Shown: positions 31,759 to 41,841, counted from the first letter of the stretch. The stretch is 64,000 bases of DNA from an uncultured delta proteobacterium (GCA_963713045.1 CAVQKE010000001.1:1-64000), one strand, 5' to 3'. The notes: a model not told the origin generated them from the letters alone. Numbers and translations are program-made.

Positions 31759-32526
31759 GTGAATCTCCTGCTTCTCGAAGCCAACGACTTCCGCGACGAC
31801 GGTACGGCCGAGCTTCAAGGCCGAGCCGCCCGCCACGTCCGGGAGGTGCTGCGCGCCCAACCGGGGGACGTGGTGCGGGTAGGACGCTGCGGTGGCGCGG
31901 TGGGCACAGCCGAGGTGGTGCGCTGCGCGGGGGAGACGGTGCTGCTCCGTGTGCAGTGGGACGGCTTGCCGCCGCCCCGGCCCGGCGTGGACGTCCTTCT
32001 CGCCCTCCCCCGGCCGAAAGTACTTCGCCGAGTGTTTGCCTCCGCCGCCGCCCTCGGGGTGGACCGCCTGGTGCTGCTCAACGCCGCGCGGGTGGAGAAA
32101 AGCTACTTTCTCTCTCCGGTCCTCACCGAGGCAAGGACGACAGCCGCGCTGCGTGACGGGCTCGAACAGGCCCGGGACACCCGTGCCCCGGAAATCCACC
32201 TCTTCCAGCGGTTCCGCCCCTTCGTCGAGGACAGCCTCGATGGGTTGCTCGGCCCAGCGACGCGGCTGCTGCTGGACCCGGGACCGGAGACGCTTCCGCC
32301 CGACGTCCCTCGCGGCACCCGGGTGACGCTGGCCATCGGCCCCGAGGGAGGCTGGGTGCCCTTTGAGCGTGCGCTGCTGGCCAAGCACGGTTTTGTGCCG
32401 TTCTCCTTCGGGCCCCGGACACTCCGGGTGGAAGGGGTGCTTCCCTATGCCCTCGGCTGGCTGGCTGGCTGTCGCGCCCAGGCCATCAGCCGTGGGACAA
32501 TTTCCTCGTCCGTGGCCGTCCCCTGA
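31759..32526 (+). CDS. rsmE: 16S rRNA m3U1498 methyltransferase
   Basis: HVREVLR, IGPEGG, GPRTLRVE (SPOUT fold). Confidence 0.88.
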   Translation: MNLLLLEANDFRDDGTAELQGRAARHVREVLRAQPGDVVRVGRCGGAVGTAEVVRCAGETVLLRVQWDGLPPPRPGVDVLLALPRPKVLRRVFASAAALGVDRLVLLNAARVEKSYFLSPVLTEARTTAALRDGLEQARDTRAPEIHLFQRFRPFVEDSLDGLLGPATRLLLDPGPETLPPDVPRGTRVTLAIGPEGGWVPFERALLAKHGFVPFSFGPRTLRVEGVLPYALGWLAGCRAQAISRGTISSSVAVP

Positions 32527-32539
32527 AAGGCGCACCCTC

Positions 32540-34030
32540 ATGGCTCATCCACCCCCTCCGCCTGCGCAGCCAATGAAGGCCCCCGCTGCGCCACCGCCGG
32601 CACCCAAGTCCACCACCGCCTACGACACGGCGCCCCCGGCGGCCCTCTTGGAATTCATGATGCAGCGGTGGCGCCCGGCGGACGGCCGGCTGCCGCGGCC
32701 TCTCCCCCACCACGCGTCCTTCGCGGCCCGCCGCCGCGCCCTGTCCCAGATGTTTCCAGGCGAGACGCTCCTCATCCCCACCGGGGAAGAGAAGGTGCGC
32801 AGCAATGACACCGTCTACCGCTTTCGACCCGGTAGCGACTTCTACTACCTCACCGGCAACGTCGAGCCGGACTGCGTCCTGTTGATGCAACCGGCGGTTG
32901 GAGGTGGCCATCGCGACGTCCTGTTGGTGGAGCCCAACCCGGGGCGCAGTGACGCCACCTTCTTCACCGACCGTCTGAAGGGGGAGCTTTGGGTCGGCCC
33001 CCGCCTCGGCGTCCAGCAGAGTCTCGCCCGCTACCGCGTGGACGAGGTGCGTCCGTTGAGCGAGTTGAAGCCCGTGTGTGCTTCCCTCAACGGACCGGCG
33101 ACCCGCCCCTGGCGGGTGGTGCGCGGCATCAGCCGCAGTGTGGACGCGGCCCTGCCGGACCAGGGCGCTCGCGATGCGGAATTGGCCACCGCGCTGGCGG
33201 AGATGCGCCTCTACAAGGACGCGCAAGAAGTCCGCGAGCTCTCGGCAGCCATCGCCTCCACCAAACGTGGCTTCGAGGACGTCATCCGCGCGCTTCGTGG
33301 GGCGCAGACCGAGCGCACCGTCGAGGGCGTCTTCAACCTCCGGGCCCGCGTCGAGGGGAATGACGTTGGCTATGGCACCATCGCTGCCTCGGGCGCCCAC
33401 GCCTGTATTCTCCACTGGACACGCAATGACGGGCCCCTGCGCCGGGGCGACTTGTTGCTTCTGGACGCGGGCGTCGAAGGCCACAGCCTGTACACCGCCG
33501 ACATCACCCGCACCCTTCCCGTCTCTGGGAAGTTTACCCGGGAGCAGCGCCAGATTTATGAGCTGGTGTATGCCGCCCAAGCCGCCGGCTTTGCCGCGGT
33601 CCGCCCAGGCAACGACTTTCTTGAGCCCAATCGCCAGGCGATGAAGGTGCTGGCCGAGGGATTACAGGCGCTCGGCATTCTCGAGGAGGCTGCCCTGGCG
33701 CTCGCCGACGAGCATCAATTCTACAAGCGCTATTCGCTGCACAACGTCAGCCACATGCTGGGCCTGGACGTCCATGACTGTGCGCAAGCCAGGATGGAGG
33801 TCTACAAGTATGGAACGCTCAAGCCGGGCATGGTGTTGACGGTTGAGCCGGGCCTGTATTTCCAGAAGGACGACCTCAGCGTGCCACCCCAATACCGCGG
33901 CATTGGCGTGCGCATTGAGGATGACGTGCTGGTGACGGCGAAGGGGATGCGCAACCTCTCCCACGCCTTCCCAAGCGAGGCCCGGGCGGTCGAAGCGTGG
34001 ATGGCCGAGGTGTGGAAAAGCCGACGCTAA
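32540..34030 (+). CDS. pepP: Xaa-Pro aminopeptidase (M24)
   Basis: SDFYYLTG, ILHW, LLDAG, ADITRT, HMLGLDVHD, TVEPG, RIEDD. Confidence 0.9.
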   Translation: MAHPPPPPAQPMKAPAAPPPAPKSTTAYDTAPPAALLEFMMQRWRPADGRLPRPLPHHASFAARRRALSQMFPGETLLIPTGEEKVRSNDTVYRFRPGSDFYYLTGNVEPDCVLLMQPAVGGGHRDVLLVEPNPGRSDATFFTDRLKGELWVGPRLGVQQSLARYRVDEVRPLSELKPVCASLNGPATRPWRVVRGISRSVDAALPDQGARDAELATALAEMRLYKDAQEVRELSAAIASTKRGFEDVIRALRGAQTERTVEGVFNLRARVEGNDVGYGTIAASGAHACILHWTRNDGPLRRGDLLLLDAGVEGHSLYTADITRTLPVSGKFTREQRQIYELVYAAQAAGFAAVRPGNDFLEPNRQAMKVLAEGLQALGILEEAALALADEHQFYKRYSLHNVSHMLGLDVHDCAQARMEVYKYGTLKPGMVLTVEPGLYFQKDDLSVPPQYRGIGVRIEDDVLVTAKGMRNLSHAFPSEARAVEAWMAEVWKSRR

Positions 34031-34052
34031 GCGGTGTCGGCAACCACCTGCC

Positions 34053-34082
34053 TTGACAGCGCGCGCAACTCATCGTTAGCGT
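34053..34082 (+). promoter_or_regulatory. Sigma70-type promoter of the met operon leader
   Basis: TTGACA (34053-58), 18-nt spacer, TAGCGT (34077-82). Confidence 0.6.
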
Positions 34083-34092
34083 CGTTTTTCTG

Positions 34093-34200
34093 ATGAAGTT
34101 CTCGTCCACGGCGTTGTTGATGTGCCTGGAGGCCATGCGCATGCGCGGCCCGGGCATGTGCGCGTCCGCGGACGAGTGTTGTTGCGGCTGTCGTCGTTAG
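34093..34200 (+). CDS. Met/Cys-rich leader peptide MKFSSTALLMCLEAMRMRGPGMCASADECCCGCRR (35 aa)
   Basis: Translated by hand: 5 Met and 6 Cys codons, directly upstream of metY. Confidence 0.75.
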   Translation: MKFSSTALLMCLEAMRMRGPGMCASADECCCGCRR

Positions 34201-34368
34201 CCGCTCTCCCGTCAGCGAACCGCCGCAGGCCCGGGCACCCTGACTCCGAGGCGGCCCGCCCGGACGGTTCGCACCAGCACCACTTCAGCGACTCGTCCTT
34301 CCCGGTGGGCCCCTCGCCTCATGGCCGAGAGTTTTCCCACCGCCGTTCATCAAAAAAAGGACCTGTCG
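34170..34368 (+). promoter_or_regulatory. Candidate attenuator: anti-SD 34289-34300 can pair with the metY SD (34357-68) or with the leader ORF (34170-81)
   Basis: CGACtcGTCCTT vs AAGGACctGTCG; GGACGAGT vs ACTCGTCC; hairpins 34215-22/34265-72 and 34303-09/34336-42. Confidence 0.6.
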
Positions 34369-34370
34369 TC

Positions 34371-35669
34371 ATGTCAGAAAGCAAAGAGCAGCCGAAACCC
34401 AACTATCGCCCCGAGACCCTCGCCCTCCACGCCGGCTACCAGGCTGACGCCACCACCGGGTCACGTGCGGTGCCCATCTACCAAACCACCAGCTACAAAT
34501 TTCGCGATGCGGACCACGCTGCCGCGCTTTTCGGGCTGAAAGAGTTCGGCAACATCTACAGCCGCATCATGAACCCCACCAATGACGTGCTCGAGCAGCG
34601 CATCGCGGCGCTCGAGGGTGGCGTGGCCGCGCTGGCGGTTGCCAGCGGGCAGGCGGCGGAAACGCTGACCTTCCTCACGCTGCTCAAGTCAGGCGAGGAG
34701 ATTGTCTCGGCAAGCAGCCTCTACGGAGGTACCTACAACCTCTTCAAGGTGACGCTGCCTCGCCTCGGCATCAAGACCAAGTTCGTCGAAATTGGTGAAC
34801 ACGACGCAGTGCGGGCGGCCATCGGCCCGAGGACGCGCGCGCTGTTTGCCGAGACGCTCGGCAATCCTCGCCTGGACGTGGCGGACCTGGAGGTCCTCGG
34901 CGGCATCGCCAAGGACGCCGGCATCCCCTTCATCGTCGACAACACCGCTACCACGCCGGTCCTGGTCCAACCGCTGAAGCACGGCGCCAACATCGTCGTC
35001 CACTCGGCCACCAAGTACATCGGAGGGCACGGCCAGGCCATCGGCGGGTTGATTGTCGACGGAGGAAACTTCCCTTGGGACAACGGCAAATTCCCCGAAT
35101 TTACGGACCCCAACCCCGGTTACCACGGGCTGAAGTTGTGGGAGAGCTTCGGCAATCTCTCCTTCATCCTCAAGGCCCGGGTGGAGACGCTTCGGGACAC
35201 CGGGCCGGCGCTCAGCCCGTTCAACGCCCACGCCTTCATCAACGGCCTGGAGACGCTGCACCTTCGGGTGCGCCGGCATGGGGAAAATGCGCTCACCGTC
35301 GCCCGGTGGCTCCAGAGGGACCCGCGCGTGGCCTGGGTGCGCTACCCCGGCCTGGAGACGGACCCCGCCTACGCCCTCGCCCGCCGCTACTTCGACGGTG
35401 GCTTTGGCGGCCTGGTGGCCTTCGGCGTGAAGGGCGGCTTCGAGAAGGGCAAGGCACTCATCAACCGCGTCAAGCTGTGGAGCCTCCTGGCCAACATTGG
35501 GGATGCCCGCTCCCTCATCATCCACCCCGCCTCCACCACCCACCAGCAGCTCACCCCCGAGGAGCAGCGCTCCACCGGAGTGACGGAGGACTTGGTGCGG
35601 CTGTCGGTGGGGCTGGAGCACCCGGACGACATCCTGGCGGACCTCGACCAAGCCCTGGGCCGTGACTGA
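34371..35669 (+). CDS. metY: O-acetylhomoserine sulfhydrylase (aminocarboxypropyltransferase)
   Basis: PIYQTTSY, YSRIMNPT, HSATKY (PLP lysine), ANIGDARSLIIHPASTTH. Confidence 0.92.
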   Translation: MSESKEQPKPNYRPETLALHAGYQADATTGSRAVPIYQTTSYKFRDADHAAALFGLKEFGNIYSRIMNPTNDVLEQRIAALEGGVAALAVASGQAAETLTFLTLLKSGEEIVSASSLYGGTYNLFKVTLPRLGIKTKFVEIGEHDAVRAAIGPRTRALFAETLGNPRLDVADLEVLGGIAKDAGIPFIVDNTATTPVLVQPLKHGANIVVHSATKYIGGHGQAIGGLIVDGGNFPWDNGKFPEFTDPNPGYHGLKLWESFGNLSFILKARVETLRDTGPALSPFNAHAFINGLETLHLRVRRHGENALTVARWLQRDPRVAWVRYPGLETDPAYALARRYFDGGFGGLVAFGVKGGFEKGKALINRVKLWSLLANIGDARSLIIHPASTTHQQLTPEEQRSTGVTEDLVRLSVGLEHPDDILADLDQALGRD

Positions 35670-36879
35670 GGACAGGGCCTTCGGGCAACCCCCCATGTTG
35701 CATCTCAACGAAAGCAGGCCGGCCGCGGCTACCCCCCGTCTCTTCGACCTTCGCCTGCCGGCACTTGCCTTGGCCCGGGGAGGGACCGTCGAGCCGCACG
35801 TGGCCCGCGGCTTCTGGTGGGGGCCAGAGGCCGACTTGCCGGCGCTTCGGGCGCGGACGCACACGCTCGCCAACGCTGAGTTGCAGGCTGCCCAGGCACA
35901 GCAGCCGGTGCGGCGCACCCAACCGCCGCCCTGGCTTCAGCCAGCCGGAGCGCCGGAATTCGAGCAAGCGGTGCCCACGGTCCTCCTCGTCCACGCGCTC
36001 ACCGGCGATGCCCGGGCCGGAGGGCCGGGAGGCTGGTGGGAGCCGCTGCTCGGTCCGGGACGCGCCCTCGACCCGTCGCGCGTCCGCATCCTGTGCTTTG
36101 CCAACCTCGGCTCGTGCTACGGCAGCTCGGGTCCGCTCGACGCGGGTTTTCCGGCTGGCGTCGACCTCACACCCTGGGACTTGGCCCGCGCGGCGCTTCA
36201 GGCGGTGGAGGCACTCGGTCTGGAGCGCTTGGCGTTGGTGGGAGGAGGCTCGCTGGGGGGCATGGTGTCCCTTTGCGTCGGGGCGCTTGGTGGCGCGCGG
36301 GTGGAACGGCTGCTTCCATTGGCCACCTCCGCCGCCGCGTCGGCCTGGGTGGTGGCCTGGAACCACATCCAGCGCAGCCTCCTGCAGCTGGACCCGGGCT
36401 GGCCAGACGACGTGGGCCGCGGCCTTGAGCTTGCCCGCCAGGTGGGGATGCTGACTTACCGCGCGGAACCGGGCCTCGAGGCGAAGCAGGGCAGGCACCT
36501 CGCGGGCCAACCCGGCTTCCAGCTCCCCTACCGCGTGCAGGGGTGGCTCGAACACCAAGGGCACAAGCTCCGGCGACGCTTCGACGCCCGCGCCTACCGG
36601 CTGCAGGCCGACGCCATGGACAGCCACGACTTGGACGCTCCTCCGCCAGGCCTCGGCGTTGGCCCCATCCGCGCCAGCAGCCTGGTGGTGGACGTGGACA
36701 CCGACCAGCTTTTCACACCGGCGCAGGTCGACGCCTTGGCCCAACGGCTGCGGGCGGGCGGCGCCCATGTCGAGAGGGCCACCCTCAAAAGTGCCCACGG
36801 GCACGATGCCTTTCTCCTCGAGTGGGACGCAGTCGCGGCCCTCGTGCGGCGCGCCCTGTCACTGCCCCCGGGCGGATGA
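35662..36879 (+). CDS. metX: Homoserine O-acyltransferase
   Basis: HALTG, GWW..L.GPG, GGSLGG, HGHDAFL. Confidence 0.88.
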   Translation: MTEDRAFGQPPMLHLNESRPAAATPRLFDLRLPALALARGGTVEPHVARGFWWGPEADLPALRARTHTLANAELQAAQAQQPVRRTQPPPWLQPAGAPEFEQAVPTVLLVHALTGDARAGGPGGWWEPLLGPGRALDPSRVRILCFANLGSCYGSSGPLDAGFPAGVDLTPWDLARAALQAVEALGLERLALVGGGSLGGMVSLCVGALGGARVERLLPLATSAAASAWVVAWNHIQRSLLQLDPGWPDDVGRGLELARQVGMLTYRAEPGLEAKQGRHLAGQPGFQLPYRVQGWLEHQGHKLRRRFDARAYRLQADAMDSHDLDAPPPGLGVGPIRASSLVVDVDTDQLFTPAQVDALAQRLRAGGAHVERATLKSAHGHDAFLLEWDAVAALVRRALSLPPGG

Positions 36880-36887
36880 GGCTTCAC

Positions 36888-39365
36888 ATGAGTTGGCACA
36901 TCTACAAGTTTGGTGGCTCTTCCCTCGGCGGCTCCGGGCGACTGCTGCGCGTCGTGCAACTCGTCGCCAGCGGCCCACGTCCTTTGGCCCTGGTGGTGAG
37001 CGCCCTCGGAGACACCACCGACTTCCTCCTCGCGGCGGCGACGGCGGCCGCGGCGGGCGACGAGGCCCGGGCACTCAATGAGGTCGGCCGCATTCGTTCG
37101 CTGGCTGTCGAAACGGCCGGGCAAGTCCTCTCCCAGGCGTCGTTGACGGCCCTGGGCAGAGCACTGGAGCAAGTGCTTGGCCCGCTGACCCAGCTGCTCC
37201 AGGGCATCCGGCTCACCGGCGAGTGCACAGCCAACGCGCGGGACGTGGTGCTTTCCGCCGGTGAGCGCATTGCCGCCGAAGTGGTGGCGGCCGCATTGCG
37301 GACCCGGGGCCAGTCGGCCATCGCGGTCGACGCCTCCACTTTCGTCGTCACGGATGAGGCCGCCGGTTCGGCCACGGTGGACATTGAGGCCACACGGGCA
37401 CGGCTCGCGCCGCTGACCTCGGCGTGGGAGGGCACCATTCCGGTCGTGACCGGCTTCATCGGCCGCTCGCGCGAAGGCCGGGTGACGACCCTCGGGCGAA
37501 ACGGCTCGGACTACACCGCCACCGTCCTCGGGCAGACGCTGGGCGCCCGCGAAGTCACCGTCTGGACGGACGTCCCGGGCGTCATGACGGCAGACCCGCA
37601 ACTCGTCGCCGAGGCCTATTCGGTGCCTCACCTGAGCTACCACGAGGCGCTCGAGCTCGCACACTTTGGAACGCGGATGTTTCACCCGCGCACCTTCCTG
37701 CCGCTGTTGGAGTCCGGCGCCCGACTGCGCATTCGGAACACCGTCGACCCCGAGTCGGCTGGCACGTGCATTGACGGGGCGGGCAACGCCGACCCGCGTC
37801 GCCCCACCTGCGTCACCAGCCTCGAGCGCCTGGCGCTCCTCGGCGTGGAGTCGCGGCGCTCGGCCCTCCCGGAGCCCATTGCTGCCCGTGTCCTTGAGGT
37901 GTTGGAGCGGGCGCGGGTGACGGTTTGGATGGCCACCCAAGCCGCTCACGGGCGTTCGGTGGCGCTGGTGGTACCCGAGTCCGAGGCGGCGCGCGCGCAA
38001 AACGCACTGCTCGGCACGCTGTCGACGGAGCTGCAACGCCAGGAAGTGGAGCTCCGGCCAACCCAAGCGCCCGTCTCGCTGCTGACCCTCGTCGCGGAGG
38101 CCATGGGACACCGCCCCAACGTCGCCGGGCGCTTCTTCGCGGCGCTGGGGAATGTCGGCATCAACGTCCGCGCCATCGCCCAGGGGGCAAGCAGCCGCAG
38201 CATCTCCTGCGTCATCGACGGCGCGGACACCACGCTGGCGGTGCGGACGGTCCATGCCGCTTTCAACCTGGCCGGCACAGAGACCTCCGTCCTCCTCCTC
38301 GGCCGGGGAACGGTGGGCGGGCGCCTTCTGGCGCAGATTGAGGCCAACGGCCCAGCCCTGCGGGAGCGCCACCACGTCGCCGTCCGGCTGGTGGGTATGG
38401 TGGACCAGCACCACCGCCTGTGGGACCCGAGGGGGTTATCCCCCGGCGAGCTGCCGCCGCGCGCGACGTCGCCATCGCCGGCCTCGGCACCGGACGTCGT
38501 TCCGCTGCTCGACGCGTTGGCGCGGCTTCCGGTGCCCATCCTCGTCGACTGCACCGCCGCCGACGGCATGGAGCGTCTCTACCTGGAGGCCTTTCGCCGC
38601 GGCATTCACGTGGTGGCCGCCAACAAGAAGCCGCTCGCCCTGCCCTTCGCCGAGCGCGAGGGGCTACTTCAGCACGCGCGCTCACATCACCGCGCTTACC
38701 TCTACGAGACGACGGTGGGAGCAAGTCTGCCCGTCATCGAGACGCTAAAAAACCTGGTCCGTACCGGCGACCGTGTGGAGCGCATCGACGGCAGCCTCTC
38801 TGGAACACTGGGCTTTCTGAGTCACGCCATCACCGGAGGCGAACTGCTGTCCCGCGCCGTCCGCACCGCTCGGGACCGGGGCTACACCGAGCCACACCCG
38901 CGGGACGACTTGTCCGGACTGGACGTGGCGCGCAAGGCGCTCATCCTCGCCCGCGAGCTCGGCCTGCACGCCGAGCTCGAGGACGTCGCGGTGGAGCCCT
39001 TCCTTCCGCGGGAAGCGCTGGCCGAGGATGACCCTGAGGCCTTCCTGCGCTCGCTGAGCGGCCTGGATGCCGCCTTCGCCGAAACCGTCGGGCGCTACCG
39101 CGCAGCGGGCAAAGTCCTTCGGTACCTGGTGCAAATCGTCCCCAACGCCCCGGATGGGCGGCAAGTGCGTGTGGGACCAGTCGCGGTCGATGCGGACCAC
39201 CCTGCCACTGGCCTGAAGGGCGCCGAGGCCCTGGTGGCCTTCACCACCGAAAGGTACCGCGAGTACCCGCTCATCGTTCGGGGCGCGGGAGCCGGGGGTG
39301 ACGTCACCGCTGCCGGGGTTCTGGCCGACGTGCTGAGGCTGGCCCAAGACGTCCGCGGCCGCTAG
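36888..39365 (+). CDS. thrA: Bifunctional aspartate kinase / homoserine dehydrogenase with two ACT domains
   Basis: KFGGSS, LGRNGSD, WTDV; GxGxVG, ANKK, YETTVGA, GYTEPHPRDDLSG. Confidence 0.9.
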   Translation: MSWHIYKFGGSSLGGSGRLLRVVQLVASGPRPLALVVSALGDTTDFLLAAATAAAAGDEARALNEVGRIRSLAVETAGQVLSQASLTALGRALEQVLGPLTQLLQGIRLTGECTANARDVVLSAGERIAAEVVAAALRTRGQSAIAVDASTFVVTDEAAGSATVDIEATRARLAPLTSAWEGTIPVVTGFIGRSREGRVTTLGRNGSDYTATVLGQTLGAREVTVWTDVPGVMTADPQLVAEAYSVPHLSYHEALELAHFGTRMFHPRTFLPLLESGARLRIRNTVDPESAGTCIDGAGNADPRRPTCVTSLERLALLGVESRRSALPEPIAARVLEVLERARVTVWMATQAAHGRSVALVVPESEAARAQNALLGTLSTELQRQEVELRPTQAPVSLLTLVAEAMGHRPNVAGRFFAALGNVGINVRAIAQGASSRSISCVIDGADTTLAVRTVHAAFNLAGTETSVLLLGRGTVGGRLLAQIEANGPALRERHHVAVRLVGMVDQHHRLWDPRGLSPGELPPRATSPSPASAPDVVPLLDALARLPVPILVDCTAADGMERLYLEAFRRGIHVVAANKKPLALPFAEREGLLQHARSHHRAYLYETTVGASLPVIETLKNLVRTGDRVERIDGSLSGTLGFLSHAITGGELLSRAVRTARDRGYTEPHPRDDLSGLDVARKALILARELGLHAELEDVAVEPFLPREALAEDDPEAFLRSLSGLDAAFAETVGRYRAAGKVLRYLVQIVPNAPDGRQVRVGPVAVDADHPATGLKGAEALVAFTTERYREYPLIVRGAGAGGDVTAAGVLADVLRLAQDVRGR

Positions 39366-39459
39366 GCCGTGGGCCGCTCGCGCACCCGACTTCCGAGGGG
39401 CTTTTCCGGACAGCGGCCAACGCCGCGGCCGGGCGGTGGGGCCTCTCCCCGGAGGAATT

Positions 39460-40593
39460 TCATTGCTCGCTGGTGACCAGGCCGTGCTCTTGCGTCCCGA
39501 TGTCCGGGTCGTCGCGCACGGTGAAGTCACGCCGGCCAATTTCGCGCCCATCGTTCGTCTCCACCGTCACCCGCCAGTCCCCCGGACCCCAGTTCTGCTT
39601 GTAGGAATAGCCTGCGTAGCCCTCGTTGCGACCTCCGGAGATGGTGATGGGGACGGCGTCGCTCGACGCCCAGTGGGACCCGCTGTCTCGGTGCGCCCAG
39701 CGCAGCCGCACCTCGTCGTGGAAGTTGCGCGGCGCAAAGATGTGAACGAAGCAGTAGATGCGGTCACCGGGGCGAGCCAGAAAGTCCTGCTCGTCCGTCG
39801 TCCAAAAGCGCCACCAGGGCGGCCGGTGGTGGGTCAGGGTGTAGGTTGAGCTTCCGGGGTTCCTCGAGACGCCGTGGTAGATGCCGATGCCCCGCAGGGA
39901 AAGCGGCACCGGGGGCACCAAGTGCCCGAGGAAAAGGAGCACCAACACCGTTTGGACCCCGAGCGAAGGGGCCAACGCCTCCCGGAGCACGCGTCGAGTA
40001 TCCCCCGTGAGGCGGTGGTGGCCCCAGGCGAGCAGCGACAGCGGCAACAGCGAGGTCCCGACCGCCAGAAGAAACATCCACGGCCGAAGCCGGCCGAACA
40101 ACACCGGGTACAGGTAGGCGAAGTAGCTGGTGAGGCAAAAGCTGTAGAGCCCGAAGAGGACGACCGGGCCAAAGCGGCGAAACTGGGGCAGTTCGTTGAC
40201 GACCAGCAACAGAGAGATGGTGCCGAGAAAGAGCAGCGCTGAAAGCCCAGAGGCGCTCTTCAGGTAGAACAGCACGTAGGCATTGAGCAGCGTCCCCAGC
40301 ATGAAGTGCAGCGCGGGCTGGCTCCACCTCCACAGCCCCCGGAGATAGCGCGGAGGTTCCTGTTGGCGGTGGTTCCAAGTGTTGAGGCCGAAGAGCAAGA
40401 GGCCGGCGACCGCTAGGTAGGCTCCCTGCTGAATGAGGATGGGACCGTCATCAATGCGGCGCACCATCAACGCATCGAAAGTGAAGCCTCCAATGAAAAA
40501 GACGAGGTGCTCGGCCCGTGCATGCCGATGGCGAAAGGCCTCCAAGCGCTGGCGCAGGGAGGGAACCTGGTCCGACAGGTCGGTGGTGTTCAC
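39460..40593 (-). CDS. DUF2914-domain membrane protein
   Basis: FIGGFTFD..RID; PPVPLSL; GGR.EGY.GYSYK..PGDWRV. Confidence 0.75.
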   Translation of the reverse strand: MNTTDLSDQVPSLRQRLEAFRHRHARAEHLVFFIGGFTFDALMVRRIDDGPILIQQGAYLAVAGLLLFGLNTWNHRQQEPPRYLRGLWRWSQPALHFMLGTLLNAYVLFYLKSASGLSALLFLGTISLLLVVNELPQFRRFGPVVLFGLYSFCLTSYFAYLYPVLFGRLRPWMFLLAVGTSLLPLSLLAWGHHRLTGDTRRVLREALAPSLGVQTVLVLLFLGHLVPPVPLSLRGIGIYHGVSRNPGSSTYTLTHHRPPWWRFWTTDEQDFLARPGDRIYCFVHIFAPRNFHDEVRLRWAHRDSGSHWASSDAVPITISGGRNEGYAGYSYKQNWGPGDWRVTVETNDGREIGRRDFTVRDDPDIGTQEHGLVTSEQ

Positions 40594-40612
40594 CCTCGGG
40601 CAGGCGCGAGGG

Positions 40613-40921
40613 TCAGCCGGCGACCAACGCTTTGAGCTCGCCCCGCTCTTCCAGCTCCCGAAGGATGTCTGAGCCGCCGACGAATCGGCCGTGGATGAAG
40701 ATTTGGGGAATGGTCGGCCACTGGGTGAACTCCTTGATGCCGTCACGGAGCTCGGGCTCGGCCAGTACGTCAATTCCATGCACCGGTCCGTAGGCCTGAA
40801 GCATTTGGACCGCCGCGGCGGAGAACCCGCAGCGTGGGAAGAGTGGGTTGCCCTTCATGAAGACGACCACCGGATGGTGCTGGATTTCCTCTTCAATGCG
40901 GCTCTTCAGCTCGGGCGTCAT
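40613..40921 (-). CDS. grxD: Monothiol glutaredoxin
   Basis: FMKG..CGFS, WPTIPQ, GGSD. Confidence 0.93.
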   Translation of the reverse strand: MTPELKSRIEEEIQHHPVVVFMKGNPLFPRCGFSAAAVQMLQAYGPVHGIDVLAEPELRDGIKEFTQWPTIPQIFIHGRFVGGSDILRELEERGELKALVAG

Positions 40922-41190
40922 GGCGGAGTCCTTGTGCGTTCCTGAAATCGCTTCCATTGGTCCGGGGTGTATGTCTTTAACGCCAACGCGTGCAAGGCGC
41001 CGCTGTCCAGGAAGTCCCGCAGCGAAGCGTACACGGCCTGGTGCTGGTCGAGCATCCCCACCCCCTCAAAAGCGGAGGCCACCACTCGGGCCTCGAAATG
41101 GTCGCCCGTTCCGGTGAGGTCTCGCACCTCGACCGCGGCTCCCGGCAGAGCGGAGGTAATTCGCTGGGCAATGTCCTTCGGGTCAAGCAT
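40918..41190 (-). CDS. BolA/IbaG family protein
   Basis: DHF..VV..F.G..QHQAVY..LHAL; coupled to grxD. Confidence 0.9.
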   Translation of the reverse strand: MLDPKDIAQRITSALPGAAVEVRDLTGTGDHFEARVVASAFEGVGMLDQHQAVYASLRDFLDSGALHALALKTYTPDQWKRFQERTRTPP

Positions 41191-41192
41191 CC

Positions 41193-41754
41193 CTAGTTGG
41201 CTCCCGGTCCATTCTCGCGCACCGCCGGGCTTTGCAACATGGCGGGGTCCACCCCCATCTGCCGCAGCACCTCCTCCCAGAGCGTGTCAGCGTCGCCATG
41301 TAGGACGCGCTCCGGGCTCGCCTCGGTGAAGAGCCAGGTCCCTTGCTTGAGCTCTCTCAAGCTGTTGTGGCCCCCAGCCCGCGTAGCCGAGGAAGAAGCG
41401 AAGCACGCCCGAGCCCTCGGCCAGGAGTTCCTCGAGAGCATCCACCGTTTCTGACAGGAAGAGGCCAGGCGCCAACTGGCGTTTTTCCAAGAGGCCTGCC
41501 CGGTCGTGGAGCACCAGGCCCCGCTGAGGGTCAACCGGACCTCCGGCGCTAACCGGCTGGCTCTTCAGCCGCGTGGCCACCGTGATGGACTGTCCGCGGG
41601 CCACGTCCTCCAGAGTCACCCGGGTCGGCCGGTTGAGGACAAGTCCCCGCGCACCGTCGAGACTATGCTGGAGAATGAGGACCACCGAACGATGAAAGTT
41701 GGGGTCCCCCAGCTGAGGCATGGCGATGAGAAATCCAGAGGAGAGTCTTTCCAT
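41193..41754 (-). CDS. yqgE: YqgE/AlgH family protein, frameshifted in a GA repeat near 41352
   Basis: DPNFHRSV, GLVLNRP, GGPV, GYAGW..QLE, then ELKQGTW in another frame. Confidence 0.85.
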
Positions 41755-41841
41755 CGTCGCGGCCAGCGAGTCTAAACCGAGCCCCGAGCGAGGTGGTGGC
41801 CAGCCAGCCAACCGACGGCCGCTCCCCCCGCGAGGAAGCCC

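Noticed and set aside
34030..34370. SAM or other riboswitch, or the 83-aa N-terminal extension of MetY given by the ORF track
   Set aside because: No recognisable SAM-I/II core by eye (Rfam not run). MetY has an SD and a family-typical start at 34371, and the leader ORF explains the region better.
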